From Octopus sinensis (Eukaryota): DNA of 64,000 nt. The position numbers and the translations under genes were made by a program. Below the pieces are notes generated by a model. The model searched no databases and had not been told where the DNA came from. It saw nothing but the letters and a program-made list of their open reading frames with translations. Of the stretch, positions 24,301 to 36,980 are shown one piece after another (position 1 is the stretch's first letter; each line of letters opens with the position of its first letter). The DNA is taken from contig NC_043014.1 of NCBI RefSeq assembly GCF_006345805.1, forward strand, positions 19,778,001-19,842,000, in the 5' to 3' direction.

Positions 24301-24330
<30 letters not shown>
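23503..24330 (-). mobile_element. Non-autonomous Helitron H4
   Basis: Minus-strand 3' end CCCGGGCAACGCTGGGCTATGCTGCTAG|T at 23503. The 5' ~260 bp (GGCAGTTTGTCTGT.., CCGATTCTGATGAAACTTGACACAC) is near-identical to H3 at 42805; the 5' terminus is lost in (TA)n. Confidence 0.8.
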
Positions 24331-24334
<4 letters not shown>

Positions 24335-24574
24335 GTATGTATGTATATATGTGTGTATGTATGAATGAATGTATGTATGTATGTTTGTATTTATGTATGT
24401 ATGTATGTATGTGTGTATGTATGTATGTATGTATGTATGTATCTAAATATGTGTGTATGATATGTTTCCATTTAGTTGAAGTTATTGTTCAGTCGGGTAC
24501 TTTCGTGCAAGATACTTGTCCAAAGTACCACGCTGTGGGGTTCCATCTGAAGCCATATTGGTAGATAGGTAGGT

Positions 24575-24714
<140 letters not shown>

Positions 24715-25171
24715 TATTTTGTTTTCAAAATAAAATGTCAAGTCGACATTGGCAGTGTTTAATGTCAAAATTTAAATGAATATATTTAGATGCCATATTT
24801 TGTCCAGCTCCACAGTGATTGCATCATCTGTCACCCAGAACAGTAGTGATGTCTATGAGTGAAAGGGAAACTCTGTGTTTGTTTGACCTGCAAGATGTAA
24901 TAGTCAAATCTGGGATAAGCTTCAGTCACCCCATACCGTTTGAAAGCGTATAATATAATTGTTAGATGGTGTACGCTTACATTAACCTAAACGGAAAACA
25001 GAGTCTTTAAGGTTGGAATAGTGGTGAGCTTGTTTCGTTCGATTAGGTTCTACTTTGGCTCGGTGACAGCAATAATAACAACAATGTAATTGACGAAACG
25101 CTGACATCTCTACCTGGGCGCTCGTTATACTAAGAAATCTCCATCATTTAAACAAATATCTTCAAGAGGGT

Positions 25172-25327
25172 AAATGCTTGTTGTGTGGTAAGTAGCTTGC
25201 TCCCAACAACATGATCCCGGGTTCAGTCCCACTGTGTGTGACCTTGGGCAAGTGTCTTCTACTATAACCTCAGCCTGACCAAAGTCTTGTGTGTTGATTT
25301 TGTAGATGGAAATTGAAAGAATCCCAT

Positions 25328-25386
<59 letters not shown>

Positions 25387-25817
25387 TATAATTATGGTCA
25401 GCTCACTGATTCACCACATACCGAAATTACAAATAAGAGAAATAGGAGGAGGTTAGCTGAACCCTAATTATAATTATATGGATAATTTTACCTATAAAGG
25501 TTATTTTAACGTACTGATCTACTTGGTAAGATTGTTAATAAATGAATGAATTAATTAATTTAATTAATAAATTTTACCCTTCTATTATTAATATATATAT
25601 ATATATATAACATAGATGCAGCACGGACTTTTATCAGTGAACAGGTCGCGGATTTTAGCGACGAAAATATTTTGACAAATAAATCTTAAATGTTGAAGTG
25701 AATCGAACGGCTTTTGTGTGTTTCTTAAATGGCTTACAAACACCTTCCACGCTGCAATTGTTTTCGTTCCAGCACACGATCTCAGATCAAATCACTTGCT
25801 ATGCGAGTACATCTCCG

Positions 25818-25884
<67 letters not shown>

Positions 25885-26118
25885 TAGGTGTGTGCGTCTT
25901 TGTGTCTGTGTTTGTCCCCCCATCCTCACTTGACAACCGATGTTGGTGTGTTTATGTCCCCGTAACTTGGCGGCCCAGCAAAAGAGTTCGATAAAATAAA
26001 TATTAGGCTTACAAAGAATAAGTCCTGGGGGGTCGATCTGTTCGACTAAAACTCCTTATGGTGGTGCTCCAACATGGCCGCATTTAAATGACTGAAGCAA
26101 ATATAAGAATAAAAGAAA
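25172..26118 (+). mobile_element. SINE group B split by insertions into its internal (TA)n
   Basis: Head/CORE half at 25172-25332 (GTGACCTTGGGCAAGTGTCTTCTACTATA) and tail half at 25890-26118 (CTTGACAACCGATG..CAACATGGCCGC..ATGACTGAA), separated by about 550 bp of (TA)n plus two unrelated inserts (25384-25590, 25611-25818). Confidence 0.8.
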
Positions 26119-26684
26119 AATGGAAAACTCATGGAATAAAATTCTTTCGGAAGATCACTGCGGTCCTGGCTGAAAGCCTCTGATTATAAGTCTGTTCAAT
26201 TGGGGCTGCCGGAACTGAACAACAATCACAACAACGATAATGACCAGAATCAAACGCATGGGTCTACGTGATTGATCAACCTGCTAGATATAGCAACCAA
26301 AGCTCATCCAACTCACACACTACAGGCTTTCAAGTAGAATGCCACGTTCTTCGCTATTCATATAATAATAGGGAATATACTCGGGTGGAATACCTTCGAT
26401 CAGGTGATTACCAGAGGATAAGCAATAACAAATCTGTCAGATACAAAACATCAAACCTCTTAATAATGGAGGACAAGGCTACAGTCGGCTCGATCAAGCA
26501 TTGTCCTCCGCATTTTCTCGAGCATTGATGTCAAATTTGAAATCTAAAAACAACAATTACACGTTCATCTTTAGAAATATACCTGAAATATCGCAAAAAC
26601 TACAGAGCCAGGACACACTGTCTTTGTGATAATAGGTTTTAGAAGCTTTGTAAATTGTGTTTATATATTTATATATACACACAC

Positions 26685-26740
<56 letters not shown>

Positions 26741-27234
26741 ATATATATAATATATATATAAACATCAACTGTATGAGTGTTATGTGTGGGCAACTGTACG
26801 TGTATGTGTATTTTTAGAAATCTAAGAGATATTTTTGTTTATAAACAGGATATGTCAAGAAAATATTCGAAAATTACACTAAAATTGACGAGATTGTCTC
26901 CGTAAATCTCATTCTTATATATAATTTATTTGCTAGAAATACTATTCTCCGTTTTTTTCTTTGTTTTCTCTTTAGCTTTCAAGATGTAGGAATAAATATA
27001 TATGCATGTGAGTTTATATATAGACACGTATGTGTGCGCTTGAGCGTGTGTGCGCGAGGGCGTGCGAGCGTGTGTGCGTGCGTGTGCGCGTGTGTGAGTG
27101 TATGCATGTATGAACGTGTGTGTATATATATATAATCTTACATAGATATTTGTGTATGTGAGGATACTCAACAAACTTTATAGGAATATATCATTATAAA
27201 TTCGTTTTAAACTAAGCAATTATATGTGTGTGTG

Positions 27235-27316
<82 letters not shown>

Positions 27317-27344
27317 GAGAGATGCATGTATGTATGTATTTATA

Positions 27345-27880
27345 TTGGGTTGTCCGGAAAGTTCGTACCGATTTATAGTAGCTTACAATTTGACTTATTT
27401 TAGAACATGTTTGAGTCCATAAAATAGGATTTGATCACACCTCCATTTAGAGCACAGTTTAAGCTATCTTTTCGTTGTGTTAGTTCTGTAACCCTTTAAA
27501 ATGAAAGATAAGAAAGTTCATTTTCGGCACTTGATGCTTTGGAAATCAAACAAAAATTGCTTCAGCTCGGCTGGGATGTGTTACCCAACCCTCCATATTC
27601 ACCAGATATTGCTCCTTCAGATTTCCACTTATTCAGGTCTCTGCAGAATAGTCTTAATGGTAAAAATTTCAATTCCTTAGATGACGTAACAAGATACCTT
27701 GATGAATTCTTTGCCATGAAACCACCTCAATTCTGGAAAGAGGGTACTTTCAAGTTAAAGGAAAGATGGAGACGCATTGTGCAACAAAATGGTTCATATT
27801 TGGTTGACTAAAAATGTAATGGCAAGTATTTATTGACCTATTACTTTCCTTTAAAAATCGGCACGAACTTTCCGGACAAC
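27345..27880 (+). mobile_element. Internally deleted mariner element
   Basis: TIRs GTTGTCCGGAAAGTTCGT(A/G)CCGATTT at 27349-27374 and 27855-27880 (25/26 match); left TA present. N-terminus MKDKKVHFRHLML (27501) is joined out of frame to the C-terminus with WDVLPNPPYSPDIAPSDFHLF (mariner D,D34D third Asp). Confidence 0.92.
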
Positions 27881-28369
27881 TGACACAGTGTTTGTGAGCA
27901 AATTTATATCTTTAGCTACTTCGCTTAGTAAGCTTCAGGATGTAGGTTTGATCTCAATGCGTACACTCTTGATCAAATACTGTTTGTTTATTATATTAGC
28001 CAATAGTTGACGCAACAGAAAAGAATTAAAATGAGTCAGCGGAGTCTGTCTATGAGTCCGGACAGTCATAATTTATGATATCTTACGTAAATCGATTATT
28101 ATAAATCGTCTCAGGAATATTCAGTAAAAAGGGACTCAAAATGCTGAAAAAAGCTGCAACAGCATCGGAAAAAATGTGTTATTTCTTTAGGCTCTTTACA
28201 TTCTGATTTCAATTCCTAGCGTAGTTAGTTTTGTCTGTCATACCCCATGTTCAGTAAAAATAAAGTGACACTCAAGTAACGGGTTCGATATTATCGAATA
28301 ACACTGTTCGATGATGAGACTCGAAAGTCAATTTGTATTCATTCTGATCCTATCTTCCTACGTTGCCAG

Positions 28370-28411
28370 GACTGTTATGATCCAGCGGAAGCATTTCCAG
28401 GCCAAAATGTG
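28370..28411 (+). other. Candidate 42-nt cassette exon
   Basis: Acceptor TTCTGATCCTATCTTCCTACGTTGCCAG| and donor GTG|GTAAGT. Phase 0 reads DCYDPAEAFPGQNV; phase 2 reads TVMIQRKHFQAKM. Product not recognised. Confidence 0.45.
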
Positions 28412-28589
28412 GTAAGTATATGGGGGACAGATCCATCGATTTGTGGTAAGTATATGGGAGACAAATCCATCGATTGTAAATAGATGCTTGATAGTTTGGC
28501 TACAACTACTTTTTAATTATTTTTGTTATTGTAGAACTTATTCTACCTTGCCTCTGAAAGACAAGGAAGAGCAGTGTCGAAGTTGCTTA

Positions 28590-28748
28590 TGGCGACAAGG
28601 TTCTGAGTTCAAATTTCGCCGAAGCCGACTTTGCCTTTCTTCCTTTCGGGGGTAGATAAAATAAGCACCAGTTGAACACTGAAGTCAATGTAATCCACTT
28701 ACCCACCTCCACGAAATTGCTGGCCTTCTGCCAAAATTTGAAATTAAT
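28590..28748 (+). mobile_element. SINE group A, 5'-truncated
   Basis: GTTCTGAGTTCAAATTTCGCCGAAGCCGACTTTGCCTTTCTTCCTTTCGGGGGTAGATAAAATAAGCACCAG. Confidence 0.8.
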
Positions 28749-29058
28749 AGAAGCGTACGTGTGTGTGTGTGTGTGTGTGTGTGTCTGTCTGTCTGTCTGT
28801 ATGTATGTATGTACAAGTGTATGCATGCTAATTGACAATGCTCTTAAAACATCGGATAAAATGCTTTGTGATATTTGTTCTGGCTTCTTGAGTTCTGAGT
28901 TCCAATGCTGCTGCAGTCAAACTTGTGTCCCATCCTTCAATCGTTAACAAAATCGAAGAAATGTAGGTTATTGGACTGGCCTAATCCTTAGAATTGGTAA
29001 CTATGATGCCTATGGGTCTTTGTTCTGACCATTTACGGTCTAAGTTCGAATTCTCCAG

Positions 29059-29259
29059 TATTTTATGGTAGACGTAATCCGTGCTTTGTTTACCCCCAAA
29101 AGAAGATTGTTCGACAGTGAGCTACGTCACCTGTTTAAGATTACCTCTGTCCTACTCAGCAATTTCAAAGGGGCTGAAAAAGGACCAAGGATACTAAGCT
29201 TGTATCCTGATTCATCGACAAATGTACTGAAGGCGAAGATGCTGTTTGGAACCAAAAAG
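29059..29259 (+). other. Candidate 201-nt phase 0-0 exon
   Basis: TTCTCCAG| acceptor and AAG|GTGTGA donor; open frame YFMVDVIRALFTPKRRLFDSELRHLF..LFGTKK. No recognisable homology, and a minus-strand reading is also open. Confidence 0.25.
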
Positions 29260-29441
29260 GTGTGAATTGTAAGTTCTGTCACAAGTTTAGAACCAGCAAA
29301 CTTTCGGTTTCTTCCAACTTGATCTATCAAATCAGTATTTAGTCAAGTAGTTGGAATAATTCAGGAAGTGTTTGGTGATCAGAACTGACAAGATGAATGT
29401 TAAGAGAAATGCCATTCTTAAATTAATATATTTTTCTTTTT

Positions 29442-29705
29442 AGGCGGGGAGCTGGCAGGAACGTTAGCGCGCCGGGCGAAATGCGTAGCCTTATTTCGTC
29501 TGCCGCTAAGGTTCTGAGTTCAAATTCCGCCGACGTCGACTTTACCTTTCATCCTTCTGGTGTCGATAAATTAAGTTGCCTACTTAAGTACTTAATTTAT
29601 CGACACCAGAAGGATGAAAGGTAAAGACTACTGGGGTCGATCTAATCGACTGGCCCCTCCCTCAAAATTTCAGGCTTTGTGCCTAGAGTAGAAAAGAATA
29701 TATTT
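29442..29705 (+). mobile_element. SINE group A, full length, containing a 37-bp perfect inverted duplication
   Basis: Intact head AGGCGGGGAGCTGGCAGGAACGTTAGCGCGCCGGGCGAAATG and tail AATTTCAGGCTTTGTGCCTAGAGTAGAAAAG; arms at 29540-29576 and 29590-29626. Confidence 0.9.
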
Positions 29706-29712
29706 TTCTCTT

Positions 29713-29781
<69 letters not shown>

Positions 29782-29784
<3 letters not shown>

Positions 29785-30106
29785 GTGCATGTGTGGTAAG
29801 AAGTTTGCGAATAGTTCTGGGTTCAGTCTCTTTATATGGCATGTTGGGCAGGTGTCTTCTACTATAGCCTCGGGGCAACCAAAGACTTCCGTGTGTATGT
29901 ATGTGTGTGCCTTTGTATTTGCCCCACCGCCGCTTGACAACCGGTCTTAGTGTCTATATGTCTCCGTATCCTATTGGTTCGGCAAAGGGGTTGACAGGAT
30001 AAATACCAGGTTTAAAATATAAGAGCTGGGGTCGATTCCATTATTAAAATTCTTCAAGTCGGTGTCCCAGCATGGCTGCAGTCTAATGACCGAAACAATT
30101 AAATAA
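29782..30106 (+). mobile_element. SINE group B (degenerate)
   Basis: GGCGTG..GTGTGGTAAGAAGTTTGC, TTGGGCAGGTGTCTTCTACTATAGCCTCGGG, CGCTTGACAACCGG, CAGCATGGCTGCAGTCTAATGACCGAAAC. Confidence 0.8.
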
Positions 30107-30382
30107 TCTGTACATATGAACATCTATATGCAAGTGTGCGCGTGAATTTATGTGTACATAAGCGTAGAAGTGGTTCAGATTCGGCTATGTTTCAACAGGA
30201 TCGTTTCACAATTACGTGATCTGGGGTTTCCTTCCTCTCTGACAGAACTTTCAGGAGGTGCTTTTCATGATAGGTTCAGAGTTAACCAATATGCTTTCGT
30301 GTGAATGGCAGCTGGTGAATGTGCGGAAGCCCAAAATACACCCACGAGCACACGCACAAACAAACACAATCAAGTATGTATG

Positions 30383-30444
<62 letters not shown>

Positions 30445-30446
<2 letters not shown>

Positions 30447-30850
30447 TAAAACGGTAAGATAACAAAAGAAAGAAAGAGACCTCAATATTATGTAAATAGA
30501 AGAAATTTATCTATACAATAATATGTTACTTTACTCGGTAGTCAAGATAAAAGTCTGGGTTTCATATGCCGAAGTGGAAATCCACAACACCATCTCATCT
30601 GGCTATTTGAAAACGCTATGAAAAAATACCGTTAAATAAAGGGAAATTACTGTGTTATTACACTGCTTGTCTACGTACTTATACATCGCTCGCATTTTTC
30701 GTCATAAAAATTATATAAAAATACATAAAAAATATATAAATATATATAAAATCTTCTTGGGACATAACATAGAAAGCATGTTCTAGTTTTCTTTAGGGGA
30801 CCAAAAACGTAACAGAAATTTAGTCACGGACTTAGTATAACTATAGATAC
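30445..30850. mobile_element. (TA)n-adjacent repeat segment, probable PLE terminal repeat
   Basis: Homologous to 23346-23430 and 31530-31600; directly abuts a Penelope RT fragment. Confidence 0.55.
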
Positions 30851-30853
30851 TAA

Positions 30854-31245
30854 CCTTATAGGAAGCCCAATAATAGACTAAGTTATATTAATGTAGTTTC
30901 ATGCCATCCCCCTATAGTATTCAAAAATTTAGTTAAAAATATTAGTAAGAAGATTTCTAGCCTCTCCTCTGATAAGGACATCTTCAATAGCGTTGCCCCA
31001 GTTTATAATAAGGCTTTAAAAGATAGTGGTTTTAGCGAAAAAATAAAACATACACCTATCACTAGCCCAACAGCAAGGAAAAGGAATAATAGAAATAGGT
31101 GGCCTTCAATATAGGTAAATATTTCCTAGCACTGATAGATAGACATTTTCCAGTTAACCATACTTATAGGAAACTCTTCAATAGACACAATTTAAAAATT
31201 AGTTTTAGTTCAACTACCAATTTTAAAAACATAATCAAACATAAC
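30854..31245 (+). pseudogene. Penelope/Poseidon-type PLE RT thumb fragment
   Basis: PYRKPNNRLSYINVVSCHPPIVFKNLVKNISKKISSLSSDKDIFNSVAPVYNKALKDSGF..RKRNNRNR, then a frameshifted NIGKYFLALIDRHFP..YRKLFNRHNLKISFS; the usual IIWFNPP segment is deleted at about 31098. Confidence 0.75.
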
Positions 31246-31250
31246 ATACA

Positions 31251-31282
<32 letters not shown>

Positions 31283-31313
31283 CATCATTATCATTATTAT
31301 TGTTATTATTATT

Positions 31314-31394
<81 letters not shown>

Positions 31395-31395
31395 C
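31246..31395. repeat. (TTA)n followed by (TAGA)n
   Basis: Directly visible. Confidence 0.95.
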
Positions 31396-31432
31396 GTGTG
31401 TATTTTCCCTTGTTAACAATTAACACGGAAAA

Positions 31433-31700
31433 GATAGATAAATAGTTACCAGGGTAGCAAAAAAACCACACAACTGAAAAAAGGTTGTAACTCCTTGTTT
31501 TTAAAGGTAGGTATTCCGGGTCTACGTGAAATATACCTCGATATTATGTAAAATAGACGAATTTATCTATAAATGTAATATGTGACAATTACTTGGTTGT
31601 CACCGAAACGCTGAGTAGACAGAACAGGAGTCAACTGATGAAGGCAATGTTCTTTTATGTTGTTTGTCTCGTTTCTCTATTTTTCTTTCGTTGCCCGAAT
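31433..31700 (+). mobile_element. Short repeat ending in (TA)n, probable PLE terminal repeat
   Basis: Shares CCTCGATATTATGTAAAATAGA.GAATTTATCTATAAATGTAATATGTGACAAT with 23390-23474; T-rich tail runs into (TA)n. Confidence 0.55.
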
Positions 31701-31713
31701 AATATATATATAT

Positions 31714-31784
<71 letters not shown>

Positions 31785-31841
31785 ATATATTATATATATA
31801 TATACATATATATATATATTATATATATATATATACACACA

Positions 31842-31944
<103 letters not shown>

Positions 31945-32154
31945 CGTGGTATAGTGTGTATGACAAGGGGTGGGTATCAATTGCTTTACAGGTACAGTAC
32001 TCCAAACGGAATTCTGGGCAGAAGCCAACAGCCTAATTTCATCCGCAAGGAGGGAGTCGACGCGGGGATGTTAATGACATCGCAATGGGATCGAATTGCA
32101 AAGGGAATATTCTGCAGTATTACATACTTGTATATATATATGCATAGATAGATA

Positions 32155-32207
<53 letters not shown>

Positions 32208-32299
32208 AAGAGAGAGATAGACAGATAGATAGATAGATAGATAGATATTCGCACGCACTCACACACACAAACATGTCTGTTTACAAGAATGTATGTATG

Positions 32300-32333
<34 letters not shown>

Positions 32334-32402
32334 TATGCGCAGTATTTACTGCTATATTGGTGAATGTTTATATCTATCTATCTATCTATACATACACACA
32401 CA

Positions 32403-32448
<46 letters not shown>

Positions 32449-33156
32449 TATATATGCATGCATTAAGTGTGTATGCATATATTGCTGAAGGTAATATCTT
32501 CATAGGAACATCGTCTCGCTACTTAGAATAAGACAAACCGACCTTACACAGAGTCCAGCGAAATATATTTCGTCCGAAAAGGTCTTCCTGTTTCTTAAAT
32601 CACCTGACTTTAATATGCCTTTATATATATTTGTGTATGCATGTGTGTATGTTTGTAACGTGTGTGTGTGTGTTCGTGCTTCTGTGTTTGTGTGTCGCAC
32701 GTCTGTCTGTGTGCGCGCATGTGTGCATGCATGTTTGTGTATAGTTGTGCATACCGCTTGTCCATTCAGTTTGGAAACCGGGTTAAACTCTGGCGAAAAC
32801 GAAATAGAAATAAGAAAAGAAATTGGAAATCTAAAGGTGCTTTACGAGCGAAATTCTTCGCATAGTACTAGATACTATTGTCACTCCGTGTAAACCAGGT
32901 ACTGACACCAAGTAACTGATAACTGCCGACGCTATTGTTCATTACTACCTCTGTAATATAAAAATAATTGTGTCTATGTTGTGAACAGATTTGGAGCGTC
33001 AGAGCGTTTATGTCTTTCTATACCATGCATGTGGATGCATACGTGTGTTTATTATTTTACAGAGGCACGCGCGCACACACATTCACACGCACACACGCAG
33101 GCACACACACGCAGGCACACACACGCAGGCACATACACGCATGTATGTATGTTTTC

Positions 33157-33221
<65 letters not shown>

Positions 33222-33395
33222 ATACATGTAAGTATATTACATGATTTTAGTATCTATACATATATAAATATAAATATATAGATAAATGGATGTATATGTA
33301 TCTCTATGTATGTTCTATGTATATATATATACATATATATATATTATATATATATATGTATATATATGTATATATATATACATACACACACACGC

Positions 33396-33622
<227 letters not shown>

Positions 33623-33679
33623 ATATATTTATATATATATGTGTGTGTATATATATGTATATATGTATATATATGTATG

Positions 33680-33735
<56 letters not shown>

Positions 33736-33805
33736 CTATATTCATATATATATATATTCACTTATATACATATATATATATATATATATATACATATTCA
33801 CTTAT

Positions 33806-33851
<46 letters not shown>

Positions 33852-34149
33852 TATGTGTGTATGTGTGTGTATTAGATGTATGCTACAGTTCGCTGTCCGC
33901 ATGCTGTAGGTTAGTAGAAGGTACTGGCGTCGTGTAGAAAATTTTCTTATCAATTAAAGGTTTTCCCGTGTTAATTAAAGTGTTTACTAATTAAGGATGC
34001 TATTACGTGCCTCCTATTACTACAGTGAAATACGATATGTATGTATATATGTAATTACATTTACCTGTTTCTCTCTCGTGTTGTTTGCGCATTTCAAGCA
34101 CGATTCGATTTTCGCTTACAAATCCAAAATGATTAAAAATGAACTACAA

Positions 34150-34184
<35 letters not shown>

Positions 34185-34529
34185 ATTGAAAGAAAAGTGG
34201 AAATCTGTATCAGAGTTCCCTTACTATTACTGCAAGTATTTTTTTTATTTAATTTTGTTTTACTTTTGTGATGGAGTTGTTGTTGTTGTTGTTGTGTTTG
34301 ACTTTCGTGTCTCTGTGTGTTTCGCTATCATGATCCTAATTGCTAACCTTCCACTCTAGAACTAAACTCAACACACACTACCAAATGCACACAGCTACCA
34401 TCCGGGTAACATCCTTCGTAACGGTATATTTAGATTCGGCTGCCGATAAGCACACGCAACAAAATTATCGTTAATGTTCTTCTTATTGCTATTGTTCTCG
34501 TTATCAGTTCGTGCGTATTGTTGTTTTGG

Positions 34530-34654
34530 GTTGTTGTTGTTGTTGTTATTATTATCATTACAATTATAATTATTGTTGTTGTTGTTATTATTAGAATTAT
34601 TATTATTGTTGTTGTTGTTGTAGTTGTTGTTTTTATCATCATTATTATTATTCC

Positions 34655-34704
<50 letters not shown>

Positions 34705-34730
34705 TTGGCGGCGGCAGCGGCGGTGGGAAA
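34530..34730. repeat. (TTG)n/(TTA)n/(GTA)n/(GGC)n compound trinucleotide array
   Basis: Directly visible. Confidence 0.9.
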
Positions 34731-35018
34731 GGATGGCGCACTCTTTAGAATTATGTAAATTCAAGTAAATGTTCTTCGAATTTTAGCAAACGTCTAAATC
34801 CAAACCCATACACACACACACACACACACATACACACATGCACACACACACACACTAATGCACACACAAAACCACATAGTACACATTCAAAGGTACAGTT
34901 TACAAGTTGTACCGTAATATTTATATACATATTTAATCTTATACGTATTGAAAATATATTCCCACACATCTACCGACAAATCTAAGAGTCTCTATCTATC
35001 TATCTATCTATCTATCTA

Positions 35019-35072
<54 letters not shown>

Positions 35073-35075
35073 ATG

Positions 35076-35118
<43 letters not shown>

Positions 35119-35120
<2 letters not shown>

Positions 35121-35364
35121 AGATGCGTGGTTAGAGTGTTGAACTCATGATCGTAAGGTTATGGTTTCGATTTCTAGATCGGGCGATGCGTTGTGTTCTT
35201 GAGCAAAACACTTCATTTTCACGTTGCTCCAGTCCACTCAGCTGGCAAAAATGAGTAATCCTGCGACGGACCGATGTCCCGTCCAGGTGAGGAATTTCTA
35301 CGTCGCTGTGAAACCGGGAAACCGGCCCTTATGAGCCTGGCATGGCTCGAAAAGGAACATTTGT

Positions 35365-35365
<1 letters not shown>
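35119..35365 (+). mobile_element. SINE group C (tRNA-like head + CORE-like domain)
   Basis: GTGGTTAGAGTGTTGAACTCATGATCGTAAGGTTATGGTTTCGATT head; GTTGTGTTCTTGAGCAAAACACTTCATTTTCACGTTGCTCCAG is shared with 43524-43815 and 57871-58185. Confidence 0.75.
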
Positions 35366-35430
<65 letters not shown>

Positions 35431-35458
35431 GACACACAGACACACACACACACACACC

Positions 35459-36642
35459 CATGACAAATAAATAGGTATCCCATAATACATCATTAAATGT
35501 TTATTTTAAGTTGTAAATGTTTATATTTTTTACTAATTGACATTTTTTATGTTTCAGGTTCTACATGTGTCTAAGCACAAAAGAAGTCTTGAAAAAGTCC
35601 AAATTTCAAAGAGGCCGTCTTGTTGGTCAATCGGAAGGTAGGATTAGCGTAAAATGGCAGAAAGCCTAGGGATCTTGCTTTCTATAGATAATAGTGATTC
35701 TGCAATTAATCATAGAGGGGAAGGAGTCCACGTCACCTTGCCCAGGTCGACCAGTGCCCTCTGACAGGACCCTTCGCTTTGTTATGAGTAATATGGAGGA
35801 TAGCCCTCGTTGCAAGATCTCTGACATAGCAGAACAAGTTGATGTCAGTCCAAGAACAGTTGTCTAGTATCTTCACAAACTTGGCTACCGTGGCAGAGCA
35901 GCAAGAAGGAAGAAAGGTTTGGGCCAGTGAGATAGGGGAGAGGCCACTTGCATTTCGGGACACGGTCATATTCTCTGATAAGTCTAGATTTGCTGTATTT
36001 TCTGACAATGGTACAAGTGTGTCTGGAAATTCTATGATCAAGAAACTGATACGAAAACGTTGCAGCCAACAATGATACATGACGTTTATTCTTTGATGCT
36101 CTGGGGAGTAATTTGGATGAATGCTCGATCAGAGCTGGTGGAGTGTGAGGGAAAGATAAACTCAGAGAAATATATATCCATATTGCAGAAAGGACTCCTA
36201 GTCTTCTTCAGTGGTGAAGTACTTAAAGAAGACTTTTTATGGAAGATGGGCCTCCTTATCACATTGTTAAAGAGAGCTACGATTTCTTGGAAGAGAATGG
36301 CATTAAAAAACCTGCCATGGGCAAGCCAGTCACCAGATATGAACCCTATTGAATACTTCTGGGACATAATGGAGAGGACACGTCGTAAAAAGAACAAGAA
36401 AGCCTCCTCAAATCCAAATCTTTTGAGATTACTGCATGAAACCCGGGATAAAATTTGTTAAGACAATATTTGTCATCTGGTCAGTAGCATGCCAAATAGG
36501 GTCCTTGCACTGAAAATGCAAAGGGGATGTCTACTAAATATTAGATATTCACATTATAACAATTAACAAATAATTTGAAGGTATAATTTCAGATTGAAAT
36601 AAACTTTAACAGTTCTAAGGGTGTCTATTTACTTCTGCCATG
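35459..36642 (+). mobile_element. Degenerate Tc1-family (DD34E) transposon
   Basis: CPGRP..RTLRFVM..DSPR..ISDIAEQVDVSPRTVV..LHKLGYRGRAARR; VIFSDKSRF; LQPT..SLMLWGVI; WASQSPDMNPIEYFWD. Degenerate TIRs at 35459-35481 and 36619-36642. Confidence 0.85.
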
Positions 36643-36980
36643 TCTATGTATATGTGTATACATATATATATACATACATAAATTCACACATATAATGCAT
36701 GCATAACGCATACATATATAAAGTTATGTATGCATGCATGTATACATAAATATCCGTATATGTGTGTGTATGTGTGTGTATGTGTGTGTGCGTACTTACG
36801 TGCGTGTGTATTAACATAATGCAAACATTTCACTGCAAATTACGGTGGATAAATATTATTAGATATCATTAATAATGGGTTTAAAGCCATACAATAAAAA
36901 TAATAATTATAATTCATTATTTGACAAATAGAGAAATGTTTTTGTTGCTATTGAACCATCTTCCTGCTCTTGTCGCACAG

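Noticed and set aside
28311-28329. ATGATGA-GACTC-GAAA-GTC hammerhead-like string
   Set aside because: C3 is missing, stem II is 1-2 bp, there is no stem I pairing and no PLE context; likely chance.
31596-31647. Possible type II hammerhead (GAAAC at 31605, CTGATGA at 31635)
   Set aside because: Requires unpaired insertions at both core junctions and a 2-bp stem III; not a credible fold without a family alignment.
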